Source: Caedibacter taeniospiralis
GTDB lineage: Bacteria > Pseudomonadota > Gammaproteobacteria > Francisellales > Francisellaceae
Reading direction: 5' to 3'
NCBI RefSeq assembly: GCF_002803295.2
Contig: NZ_PGGB02000002.1
Span: 5,099-37,098 of the forward strand
DNA length: 32,000 nucleotides
Part shown: piece after piece, positions 17,818 through 25,820 of the stretch
How positions within the stretch are numbered: the first letter of the stretch is position 1
Layout of the letters: each line of letters starts with the position of its first letter
Program-made: the position numbers and the translations under genes
The notes under the pieces: generated by a model
What the model was told of the DNA's origin: nothing
Database searches by the model: none
The model's input: the letters and a program-made list of their open reading frames with translations, nothing else

Positions 17818-18153
17818 TCATGACAAAATCACTTTTGAAATTTTTAAGACTTGCTCGATGCATGCTCTGGGGCATATTTCTATCTTCTCTGCATTTCGTG
17901 ACTGGAAATCTGTTGATCGTATTTGAAAGGTTATTATACTCCCCTGAGTTTTGCAGTTATCAGGGAGAATAACTTCAAATTTATTGCCACGCTGAGTACT
18001 TGTAATTGCGGCAACAAAGGCAAAACCAGTGTGTTCATTAAAAACCGATTTTGTTAGCACCAAAGCGGGTCTTCGTTTCATTATTTCGCGTCCAGAACTG
18101 GGATCAAAGTCAAGCCAGATAATATCGCCTTGATTCGGAATGTACTTTTTCAA
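17818..18153 (-). CDS. Type II toxin, MazF/PemK family endoribonuclease, 111 aa
   Basis: …YIPNQGDIIWLDFDPSSGREIMKRRPALVLT…FAFVAAITST… is the MazF/PemK/ChpB N-terminal SH3-like signature. The start overlaps the antitoxin stop by 4 nt. Confidence 0.9.
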   Translation of the reverse strand: MKKYIPNQGDIIWLDFDPSSGREIMKRRPALVLTKSVFNEHTGFAFVAAITSTQRGNKFEVILPDNCKTQGSIITFQIRSTDFQSRNAEKIEICPRACIEQVLKISKVILS

Positions 18154-18404
18154 AGCTCTTTTCCTTTAGAGTTGTCGTGCATCCATTCTTTATCCTCATC
18201 TAAAAGCTTAAAGCTTGATTTTGGACTTGCAGCAAGCATTTGCTCCAGGCTTAACTCCTCCATTTTAGGTGTTAAAACTATTTTGTTATCTTCGACACTA
18301 ATGTCGAGTTTGTCTCCAGTGTGAAGATTGAGTATCTGAAGTATTTTCTTAGGAATGCTTACAATATTGGCACCACCTGATTGTCTGAGAGATAATGATG
18401 ACAT
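18150..18404 (-). CDS. Type II antitoxin, MazE/PemI/ChpS-like with an AbrB/SpoVT swapped-hairpin domain, 84 aa
   Basis: …RQSGGANIVSIPKKILQILNLHTGDKLDISVEDNKIVLTP… is an AbrB-type DNA-binding domain followed by an acidic tail. It sits upstream of, and overlaps, the MazF-like gene. Confidence 0.85.
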   Translation of the reverse strand: MSSLSLRQSGGANIVSIPKKILQILNLHTGDKLDISVEDNKIVLTPKMEELSLEQMLAASPKSSFKLLDEDKEWMHDNSKGKEL

Positions 18405-18425
18405 TTTAATGCTCCATTTTATTAA

Positions 18426-18443
18426 GTTATATAAAAGTATAAC
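18426..18443 (-). promoter_or_regulatory. Inverted repeat in the mazEF-like promoter region (candidate operator)
   Basis: gttata-taaaag-tataac (18426-18443) is a perfect 6-bp inverted repeat located 22-39 nt upstream of the antitoxin ATG. It overlaps TATA-rich -10-like hexamers on the minus strand. Confidence 0.4.
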
Positions 18444-18595
18444 ATGACCAAGCGAAAATATAGCATTTAATTTAGCGGATCATGAATCACAATGCCTTTA
18501 TAAGACCATAATACCCTGCCAGCTTCACGTGCAGAGCTTGTGGCATTCAAAGCTAAAAAGCAAAGCTGTTTGCTTCTTTCGGGCGCTTTTCACCT

Positions 18596-18638
18596 CCTTC
18601 ACTTGTGAAGGGGTGGCAGCCGTAGGCTGACGGGGTGG
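18596..18638. repeat. Derivative (internally deleted) copy of the 3983-4144 palindromic element family, located just downstream of mfd
   Basis: ccttcac-tt-gtgaagg-ggtggcagccgtaggctgacggggtgg. The hairpin is identical to hairpin 1 of the element at 4026-4045. It is fused directly to a close match of that element's right arm (gaaggggtggctgcgaagcagacggggtag, 4088-4117). Confidence 0.65.
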
Positions 18639-18685
18639 TTTTGGCGCGAAAAATCACTAAGGTAGCGGCATTGGAATTATACCCC

Positions 18686-21600
18686 TCAGCCAACAAATTT
18701 TGAATGCGCTTCTGCCTGTTTTGTTTTTAAATAAAGCGTATCAATAAAATCATGTACAAAGGCAATACGCTCTTTGGCTTGTGGTAATGCCTTTTTGATC
18801 ATAAGTTTCTGATCCTGACCTAATTGAAAGTCCTGAGGCTTCATTTGCACAAGCTTAATCAAATGAATGGGATCAAAAGTAAGTGGCGTGACAAAAATGA
18901 TTTTTCCACCTGCTGAGTGCATTTCAATTTTTTGAATACCCACAAGGGTGGCGCTAAGCTTTAAGTGGGTAATATCAAATAAATATTGCGCATATTCAGG
19001 CAACAAGCCAAAACGATCGATGACTTCAATTTTGATAGTATCAAGCTCATTGTGCGTTTGCGCGCTTGAAATTCGCTTATAAAGTCCTAAGCGCACATGT
19101 ACGTCAAAGATATATTCCTCGGGGAAAAGGGTGGGGATACGTAGCTCAATCTGGGCATCAGTTTGGAATGACTGGTTTATTTTAGTTGCATCAAAGCTTT
19201 CACCTCTTTGTAACGCTGAAATGGTTTTTTGCAGCAAGTCCATATAGAGGTTGAAACCAATGCCTTGCATATTGCCGCTTTGCTCTTTTCCAAGCATTTC
19301 TCCAGCCCCTCTGATTTCTAAATCATGATTGGCCAGCAGATAACCACCCCCTAAAGATGCGGTTTCTAAAATAGCCTCCAAACGCTTTTTAGCATCTTTA
19401 GCCAGAGAGGCTTCTGGTGGAGTTAATAAGTACGCATACGCTTGATGATGTGAGCGACCAACACGACCGCGTAATTGATGCAGTTGCGCAAGACCAAAAC
19501 TATCCGCGCGTTCAATAACGATGGTATTGACGTTAGCAATATCAATGCCTGTTTCAATGATCGTGGTGCAAAGCAGGATTTGGTAGCGATTCTGTTGAAA
19601 CTCAAACATGATTTTCTCAAGTTCGCGTTCGCGCATTTGCCCATGTGCTACGGCGATATTAATCTCAGGAAAAATCTGGCGTAACTGTTCTGCTTTATCA
19701 TAAATGGTACTGACACTGTTATGCAGATAATACACTTGTCCGCCACGAAGCATCTCCCGCATTACCGCTTCTTTGATAATGCTATTGTTGTATTGCTTGA
19801 CAAAAGTTTTTACAGAAAGTCGCTTAGCTGGTGGGGTTGCAATGATTGATAAGTCACGAATATTGGAAAATGCCATATTCAAGGTGCGTGGGATTGGTGT
19901 TGCTGTCATGGTGAGAATATCGATGTTAGTCCGCATAGCCTTCATTTTTTCTTTGTGTGTAACACCAAAACGGTGTTCCTCATCGATAATCAGAAGTCCT
20001 AAGTTATGGAATTTGATTTTATCGGACAAGAGTTTATGCGTACCGATCACTATATCAATCGTTCCATTATTAATCCGCGTGATCGCTTCATTTTGTTCTT
20101 TGCTGGTCTTAAAGCGCGATAAGACCTCAACACTGGCCCCCATTTCATTAAAGCGGTCACTAAAATTATCAAAATGCTGTTGTGCCAAGAGTGTTGTTGG
20201 CGCAAGGACGGCAACTTGTTTGTTGTTGCTTACCGCAATAAACGCCGCACGCATAGCAACTTCTGTTTTCCCAAAGCCAACATCGCCGCAAACCAGGCGA
20301 TCCATGGGCTTTTCAGCAATCATGTCTTTGATGACATCATTAATGGCAAGCGCTTGATCAGGGGTTTCTTCAAAGGGAAAACCTTCACAAAAACCGAGGT
20401 ATTCCTTCTCATTGAAAATATTGCCATAGCCTTTTTTAAGCGCACGTTGTGCGTAAATAGCAAGAAGATCAGCCGCAACATCATTGATTTTTCTGGCAGC
20501 TTTTTCCTTTTCCTTTTCCCAGGTATCGCTGCCAAGTTTGCTGACAGGTGCATGCTCAAGCTCAGTACCACTATAACGACTGACAAGGTGAAGCGCGTAA
20601 ATAGGCACATAAAGTTTCTCATCATTTTTAAACAAAAGTGTTAAGAACTCGGTTTCCTGGGTTCCAAGATCAAGCCTGGTCAAGCCATCAAAGCGTGCAA
20701 TGCCATGTTCAATATGAACAACAGGGCTTCCCAGGCTAAGCTCAGATAAATCTTTGAGTGCAACAGTGGGAAGCGCTTCATGGACCTCCTTTTTATGCGT
20801 GCGCAGAGGTAATGCGCTGTGATTAGCAAAGAGATCAAACTCGGTAATAATCAGCTGATCCTCATTAACAATAATCCCCTGGGAGAAAGGCGCTATGGTG
20901 ATTGCGATGCGATGTTTTGATGTGACTGCCTCGCTGAAATGGCTAAAGCTTTGCGCTGTGAGTTTCAGCTTGTTGAGATTTTCATGGAGTAATGCTTTTC
21001 TGCCCGCGCTTTCGGAGCAGAAAATTATTTTTTTAAAGGAGCTCTTAGCAAGTAAATCCAGTAATTTTTGATAAGGTTCTTTATATTGGTAGTGAACATG
21101 AAGATCGGGCAAGTTTTTGACATTAAGCGTATTTGCCTTTGATTTTTCTTGTGCTAACCATTTGATATGACTGAAGTTTTTGGTTGCAGCATTAAATTCT
21201 ATCGGAGATAAAAAGACGCATTGTGGGGGTAAAATTGGACGCTCGGGATCATGTGCAAGCTGATCGTGGCGTGTCATGATGTCCCGATAATAAAGCTCTA
21301 CAGTATGCTGGCAATCATAGATATTATGCACGATAGTACCACTATTTAAGTAATCAAATATCGTGCTGAGCTTCGGATAAAATAAAGGCAGATAAAATTC
21401 AATGCCATTAATGGTTCTACCTTTGATAATTTGTTGGTATATCAGATTTTGCGTATCTGTTTGGGGTAGCAGCTCAAGCCAGTTTTGCGCAAAACAATCG
21501 AGTGTTTGCTTATCAAGGATGAACTCCTGTGTTGGCAATATTTCGACTTTGTCAATGCGGTTATGAGAGCGTTGCGTTTCCAGATCAATGCTGCGAATAC

Positions 21601-22153
21601 TGTCGACTTCATCATCGAACAAATCAATGCGATAAGCCTCATCTGATCCCATGGGAAAAATATCTAAAATGCTGCCACGTACACTAAACTCACCACGCGA
21701 AATCACCTGAGAAACATTTTGATAGCCCGCTAACTCCAATTGGCGTTTTTTCTCTGTAAGCTCAAGCTTATCTCCTTTTTGAATCATAAACGCATGAGAG
21801 ACTAAAAAGCTTGGTGGCGGAAGGTATTTTAATATGGTGTTAGCGCTAGCGATAACTACGGCATTAGGGTGATTTTGCAACTGATTAAGGGTATTTAAAC
21901 GCGAAGAAATGATATCTTCACTTGCGGAGAAGTGGTCAAATGGCAGAATTTCAAGATCGGCAAAATGAAGTATCGTCTGGTTTCGGAGTAGAAAGCCAAG
22001 TTCATTATGCAGTTGAAGCGCTAATTGGGCATTTTCACAAATGAGCAGATGAGTTTGTGTATGCTGTGATATATATTCACTTAGGACTAAAGAAAGGGCG
22101 GTTGGAATAGCATTGGCATAAATATCGCGTACGCCTTGTGGCAAAATTTGCAT
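18686..22153 (-). CDS. mfd: Transcription-repair coupling factor Mfd, 1155 aa
   Basis: It has a UvrB-homology N-terminus, an RNAP-interaction domain, and superfamily-2 translocase motifs (…LVCGDVGFGKTEVAMRAAF…, …LLIIDEEHRFGV…, …TATPIPRTL…, …QLRGRVGRS…). The length is canonical. Confidence 0.97.
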   Translation of the reverse strand: MQILPQGVRDIYANAIPTALSLVLSEYISQHTQTHLLICENAQLALQLHNELGFLLRNQTILHFADLEILPFDHFSASEDIISSRLNTLNQLQNHPNAVVIASANTILKYLPPPSFLVSHAFMIQKGDKLELTEKKRQLELAGYQNVSQVISRGEFSVRGSILDIFPMGSDEAYRIDLFDDEVDSIRSIDLETQRSHNRIDKVEILPTQEFILDKQTLDCFAQNWLELLPQTDTQNLIYQQIIKGRTINGIEFYLPLFYPKLSTIFDYLNSGTIVHNIYDCQHTVELYYRDIMTRHDQLAHDPERPILPPQCVFLSPIEFNAATKNFSHIKWLAQEKSKANTLNVKNLPDLHVHYQYKEPYQKLLDLLAKSSFKKIIFCSESAGRKALLHENLNKLKLTAQSFSHFSEAVTSKHRIAITIAPFSQGIIVNEDQLIITEFDLFANHSALPLRTHKKEVHEALPTVALKDLSELSLGSPVVHIEHGIARFDGLTRLDLGTQETEFLTLLFKNDEKLYVPIYALHLVSRYSGTELEHAPVSKLGSDTWEKEKEKAARKINDVAADLLAIYAQRALKKGYGNIFNEKEYLGFCEGFPFEETPDQALAINDVIKDMIAEKPMDRLVCGDVGFGKTEVAMRAAFIAVSNNKQVAVLAPTTLLAQQHFDNFSDRFNEMGASVEVLSRFKTSKEQNEAITRINNGTIDIVIGTHKLLSDKIKFHNLGLLIIDEEHRFGVTHKEKMKAMRTNIDILTMTATPIPRTLNMAFSNIRDLSIIATPPAKRLSVKTFVKQYNNSIIKEAVMREMLRGGQVYYLHNSVSTIYDKAEQLRQIFPEINIAVAHGQMRERELEKIMFEFQQNRYQILLCTTIIETGIDIANVNTIVIERADSFGLAQLHQLRGRVGRSHHQAYAYLLTPPEASLAKDAKKRLEAILETASLGGGYLLANHDLEIRGAGEMLGKEQSGNMQGIGFNLYMDLLQKTISALQRGESFDATKINQSFQTDAQIELRIPTLFPEEYIFDVHVRLGLYKRISSAQTHNELDTIKIEVIDRFGLLPEYAQYLFDITHLKLSATLVGIQKIEMHSAGGKIIFVTPLTFDPIHLIKLVQMKPQDFQLGQDQKLMIKKALPQAKERIAFVHDFIDTLYLKTKQAEAHSKFVG

Positions 22154-22216
22154 AAGGGTTAGTGAAAGCTTAATTATCGTGTGCCTAGTCTATACCACTG
22201 AATTAACAGATTCTAG

Positions 22217-22331
22217 TCATTGTGCCGTGTATCCGCCATCGATGGCAATCTGACTGCCTAGAATAACTGGAGTTACCTAAATGTGTATTGTTTGCCAAAT
22301 TCATCTTAAATCCAGTGACGTTAGGCAATGC
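22217..22331 (-). pseudogene. Remnant of the 3' end of a short-chain dehydrogenase/reductase (SDR) gene
   Basis: The minus-strand translation of 22217-22276 is VTPVILGSQIAIDGGYTAQ*, which matches the typical SDR C-terminus (…ITGQ.I.VDGG.T..*). The preceding segment reads …NLANNTHLGNSSY in a different frame. That is consistent with a decayed …IAN.V.FL.S..SSY(I)TG… region. No intact upstream ORF exists. Confidence 0.45.
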
Positions 22332-22446
22332 AGCTTAGTCAAGTCCTTGCATGAAAATATTCAGGCAAAAAAATGCCGCCTTTGACAAAAAATGCCGTTA
22401 GAATGACGGCTATATTTTGATGATTTTTGAGTAACAAGGGGCAAAA

Positions 22447-24582
22447 ATGTCTTTGACAGAAGCAACACAAGAAATAGCTTTGCAAGCGGCATCGTTAGAT
22501 ATCTGGGATAGTAAGTATCGCTTAAAAACGCGCTTGGGCGAAGCGGTTGATGGAAAAATTGATGATGCCTATAAACGCGTGGCAAAGGCGCTTTCTGAAG
22601 TTGAAAAAACAAAAGAATTACAGCAAAAATCTTATCAAGAGTTTCTATGGGCATTAAGAAATGGAGCTATTCCTGCAGGAAGAATTATTTCCAATGCAGG
22701 TGCTTTGGAACATAAACCTGCCACCTCAACGATTAACTGCACTGTTTCTGGTACTATTTATGACTCTATGGATAACATCTTGCAAAGAGTTCATGAGTCA
22801 GGACTTACCCTTAAAGCAGGGTGTGGTATTGGCTATGAGTTTTCGACCTTAAGACCAAAAGGCGCCTTTGTTGCAGGTGCGGGGGCGCATACCTCAGGTC
22901 CCATGTCCTTTATGGATATTTATGACAAGATGTGCTTTACCGTGGCATCAGCTGGAGGCAGGCGCGGAGCACAAATGGGAACCTTTGACGTGGGGCATCC
23001 TGATGTATTGGATTTTATTCGCGCAAAACGCGAGGATGGGCGCTTGCGCCAGTTCAATCTTTCGCTGTTGATTACCAAAGATTTTATGCACGCAGTTGAG
23101 AATGATCAGATATGGTCACTGGCTTTCCCAATGTCAGCTGCTGAACAACAAGCACACAATATTGATTTAAACGACTCTACGCAGGTTCTATGGCGTGATT
23201 GGCCGATCAAAGAGGGCTATATTACCGATCCATCAGGACTTGTTGCGTGCAAAATTTACAACACGATCAAGGCGCGTAGATTGTGGGATATGATCATGTC
23301 CTCAACCTATGATTATGCTGAACCTGGGTTCATTTTGATCGACAAAGTTAATGATGACAATAACAACTGGTTTTGTGAAACTATTCGCGCCACAAATCCT
23401 TGTGGGGAGCAGCCATTACCACCTTATGGTTCTTGCCTGTTAGGCTCGGTTAATTTAACGCAATTTATTGAAAATCCATTTACAGATAGCGCAAGTTTTA
23501 ATTGGGAAAAATATCGTAAGGTTGTGCGCATTTTTACGCGCATGCTCGATAACGTCGTTGAGATTAATGGCTTACCATTGAGCGAGCAACGTCATGAGAT
23601 TGAGTCAAAACGTCGCCATGGCATGGGGTTTTTGGGCTTGGGGTCTGCTATTACCATGCTTAAAATGAAATATGGTAGTGAGACTTCCGTGGCGTTTACC
23701 GAAAAAGTTGCTAAAGAGATGGCACTGGAAGGTTGGCGCGAAGGCGTGAGGCTCTCGAAAGAAAAAGGCAGCGCTCCAGTGCTTGAGAAAGACTATACGG
23801 TGGCTCATGAGTTTTTACGCTTGCGCCCTGAAATGGCTGCTGACGGTATTAAAGCGGGTGATGTTATTAAAGGGCGTCTCTTACACGCGAAATATAGTCG
23901 TTACATGCAGCGCATTGCACAAGAGGATATTTCAATTATTGATGCCATTTGTGAGTATGGTTGTCGTTTTACGCATCATACCTCCATTGCGCCGACGGGT
24001 ACGATTTCGTTGTCTTTGGCTAATAACGTCAGTAACGGCATTGAGCCAAGTTTTGCCCATCATTATGCGCGTAATGTTATTCGTTCGGGTAAAAAAACCA
24101 AAGAAAAAGTAGATGTATTCTCATATGAGCTACTAGCCTATCGCCATTTAGTGAATAAAGAAGCGATGCCATTTGCCAAGGAGGAAGCACATAAGCTGCC
24201 TGATTATTTTATCAGTGCCGATAATGTGTCTCCAAAAGAGCATGTGGATATTCAGGCTGCCGCACAAAGATGGGTGGATTCAAGTATTTCCAAAACGGCT
24301 AATGTACCTACAGATTTCCCCTTTGCTGATTTTAAAGACATCTACCTTTATGCCTATCATCAGGGACTTAAAGGCTGCACGACGTTTAGGTTTAACCCTG
24401 AAGTTTTCCAAGGTGTGCTGGTTAAAGATGAGGATCTTGAGAAAACACTTTATCGTTTCACCCTTGAGGATGGCTCAATAGTTGAGTTAAAAGGTAATGA
24501 AATGATTGAATACGATGGTGAAGAGCACAGCGCTGCAAATCTCTATGATGCCTTGAAAGAGGGGTATTATGGGAAATTTTAA
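22447..24582 (+). CDS. nrdJ: Class II (adenosylcobalamin-dependent) ribonucleotide reductase, large catalytic fragment (NrdJa-like), 711 aa
   Basis: …INCTVSGTI.DSM… The finger-loop region …ATNPCGEQPLPPYGSCLLGSVNL… carries the catalytic Cys. Other motifs are …SIAPTGTISL…NGIEP…, …SISKTANVP… and …GLKGCTTFR. The protein ends (…LKEGYYGKF*) before the C-terminal Cys-rich tail found in unsplit NrdJ proteins. Confidence 0.9.
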   Translation: MSLTEATQEIALQAASLDIWDSKYRLKTRLGEAVDGKIDDAYKRVAKALSEVEKTKELQQKSYQEFLWALRNGAIPAGRIISNAGALEHKPATSTINCTVSGTIYDSMDNILQRVHESGLTLKAGCGIGYEFSTLRPKGAFVAGAGAHTSGPMSFMDIYDKMCFTVASAGGRRGAQMGTFDVGHPDVLDFIRAKREDGRLRQFNLSLLITKDFMHAVENDQIWSLAFPMSAAEQQAHNIDLNDSTQVLWRDWPIKEGYITDPSGLVACKIYNTIKARRLWDMIMSSTYDYAEPGFILIDKVNDDNNNWFCETIRATNPCGEQPLPPYGSCLLGSVNLTQFIENPFTDSASFNWEKYRKVVRIFTRMLDNVVEINGLPLSEQRHEIESKRRHGMGFLGLGSAITMLKMKYGSETSVAFTEKVAKEMALEGWREGVRLSKEKGSAPVLEKDYTVAHEFLRLRPEMAADGIKAGDVIKGRLLHAKYSRYMQRIAQEDISIIDAICEYGCRFTHHTSIAPTGTISLSLANNVSNGIEPSFAHHYARNVIRSGKKTKEKVDVFSYELLAYRHLVNKEAMPFAKEEAHKLPDYFISADNVSPKEHVDIQAAAQRWVDSSISKTANVPTDFPFADFKDIYLYAYHQGLKGCTTFRFNPEVFQGVLVKDEDLEKTLYRFTLEDGSIVELKGNEMIEYDGEEHSAANLYDALKEGYYGKF

Positions 24583-24593
24583 GGAATACAAAA

Positions 24594-25184
24594 GTGGGTA
24601 TTAATGTATTACCTGAATATGTTCGCAGGCACTACGAAATCTATGAATATAAACATGCTTGTGCGATTCTCAAAGAGGACTTTCCAAATGAGTGGGCAGA
24701 TATAGTTTCGTTGCTGGAAGCCTTTAGGTTAAAGAAGAGCTGGATTATTCAATCTGGAGGGCGTAAATCAAAGGTTGCTGAGTATATTGACAACTATTTG
24801 TACGCCATGGGGTGGGTTGAAAAACAATTTAGCACCCAAGTAATTGTAGATGATGTGACTTATAATTCTCCGACTCACAAGGTTGACTGCTTCAAAAATA
24901 GGGTTGCATTGGAAATAGAGTGGAATAATAAAGACCCTTTTTATGATCGATATTTAAATAACTTCAGATTGTTGTTTGATCTTAAGGCTGTTAGTGTTGG
25001 AATTATTATCACTCGTTCGGACGAGTTACAGACAATATTCAATGATCTTGGGCGCGGACAATCTTATGGTGCTTCAACGACACATCTTGGCAAGCTCTTA
25101 CCAAGGATTGAGGGAGGTGGGGGTGCTGGTTGTCCGTTGCTTGTGTTTGGTATGAAAAGTAATTTGTTTGAAGAGGATATTTAG
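24594..25184 (+). CDS. Putative type II restriction endonuclease, BamHI/BglII/BstYI-like fold, 196 aa
   Basis: It has a GTG start 8 nt after an AAGGA RBS. The core, …THKVDCFKNRVALEIEWNNKDPFYDRYLNNF…VGIIITR…, gives a D98-X8-E107-X-E109 arrangement followed by a hydrophobic beta strand. This resembles the catalytic cores of BstYI/BglII (D-X8-E-X-Q) and BamHI (…E-F-E…) as I recall them. It is paired with a DNA methyltransferase gene. Confidence 0.6.
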   Translation: MGINVLPEYVRRHYEIYEYKHACAILKEDFPNEWADIVSLLEAFRLKKSWIIQSGGRKSKVAEYIDNYLYAMGWVEKQFSTQVIVDDVTYNSPTHKVDCFKNRVALEIEWNNKDPFYDRYLNNFRLLFDLKAVSVGIIITRSDELQTIFNDLGRGQSYGASTTHLGKLLPRIEGGGGAGCPLLVFGMKSNLFEEDI

Positions 25185-25805
25185 GTGGGTGCTAAAGAAG
25201 ATTTTATGAATGAACTAAAGGGGCGAAAGTTTAAAACCATTTTAGCCGATCCTCCCTGGCAGTTTCACAATCGAACAGGTAAGGTGGCGCCAGAGCATAA
25301 AAGATTAACTCGATATCCGACTTTGGTTTTGGATGAAATTAAGAAACTTCCTGTCGTAGAGATCGCAGATGAGACTGCACATTTGTATCTATGGGTACCC
25401 AATGCGTTGCTGGCTGAGGGACTTGAAGTCATGCAAGCCTGGGGATTTACTTATAAAACCAATTTGGTGTGGTATAAGGTGCGCAAAGATGGGGGTCCTG
25501 ATCGTAGGGGCGTCGGTTTTTATTTTAGGAATGTTACGGAAGTAATATTGTTTGGTACGCGCGGAAAAAATGCACGGACTTTGCCTCCTGGGAGGAGTCA
25601 GGAAAATATTGTGTTATCAAGAAAACGCGAGCATAGTAGGAAACCTGATGAACAATATGATTTGATTGAGTCCTGCAGTGCGGGTCCTTATTTAGAGTTA
25701 TTTGCTAGGGGGGCTCGAGAGAATTGGTGTGCCTGGGGAAATCAGGTAGAAAACTACAAACCTGATTGGGATACCTATGCCAATCATTCACAGGCATCAA
25801 GGTAA
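25185..25805 (+). CDS. MT-A70 family DNA methyltransferase (DPPW motif; most likely N6-adenine), 206 aa
   Basis: …FKTILADPPWQF… (DPPW encoded at 25248-25259), …HLYLWV.N… and …WGF.Y.T.LVW.K… are the MT-A70 signature blocks. The GTG start directly abuts the nuclease stop (TAG|GTG), with GAGGA 7 nt upstream. An alternative ATG lies at 25206. Confidence 0.8.
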   Translation: MGAKEDFMNELKGRKFKTILADPPWQFHNRTGKVAPEHKRLTRYPTLVLDEIKKLPVVEIADETAHLYLWVPNALLAEGLEVMQAWGFTYKTNLVWYKVRKDGGPDRRGVGFYFRNVTEVILFGTRGKNARTLPPGRSQENIVLSRKREHSRKPDEQYDLIESCSAGPYLELFARGARENWCAWGNQVENYKPDWDTYANHSQASR

Positions 25806-25820
25806 CTTTGGGAGAATAAA

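Noticed and set aside
17563-17972. ORFs 17563..17778 (+) and 17652..17972 (+) downstream of glyS.
   Set aside because: They read through the REP-like hairpins and run antisense into the MazF-like gene. They have no RBS and no family resemblance. The opposite-strand MazF call is far better supported.
19423-20644. Several 70-194-aa ORFs on both strands inside mfd (for example 19773..20357 +, 20174..20644 +, 20320..20625 -).
   Set aside because: They lie entirely within the strongly supported mfd reading frame. Their translations are low-complexity with no recognisable motifs, and they lack RBSs. They are typical shadow ORFs of a long gene.
22154-22446. I looked for a cobalamin riboswitch or NrdR boxes upstream of nrdJa.
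   Set aside because: I found no convincing B12-box (…AGYCMGGAGACCKGCC-like) and no pair of ~16-bp ACACwAtATaTwGTGT-like palindromes at ~31-bp spacing. Only the AT-rich near-palindrome tgaaaatattca (about 22342-22353) is present. The best-explained content of the region is an SDR gene remnant. A covariance-model scan (Rfam cobalamin) would be needed to exclude a riboswitch formally.
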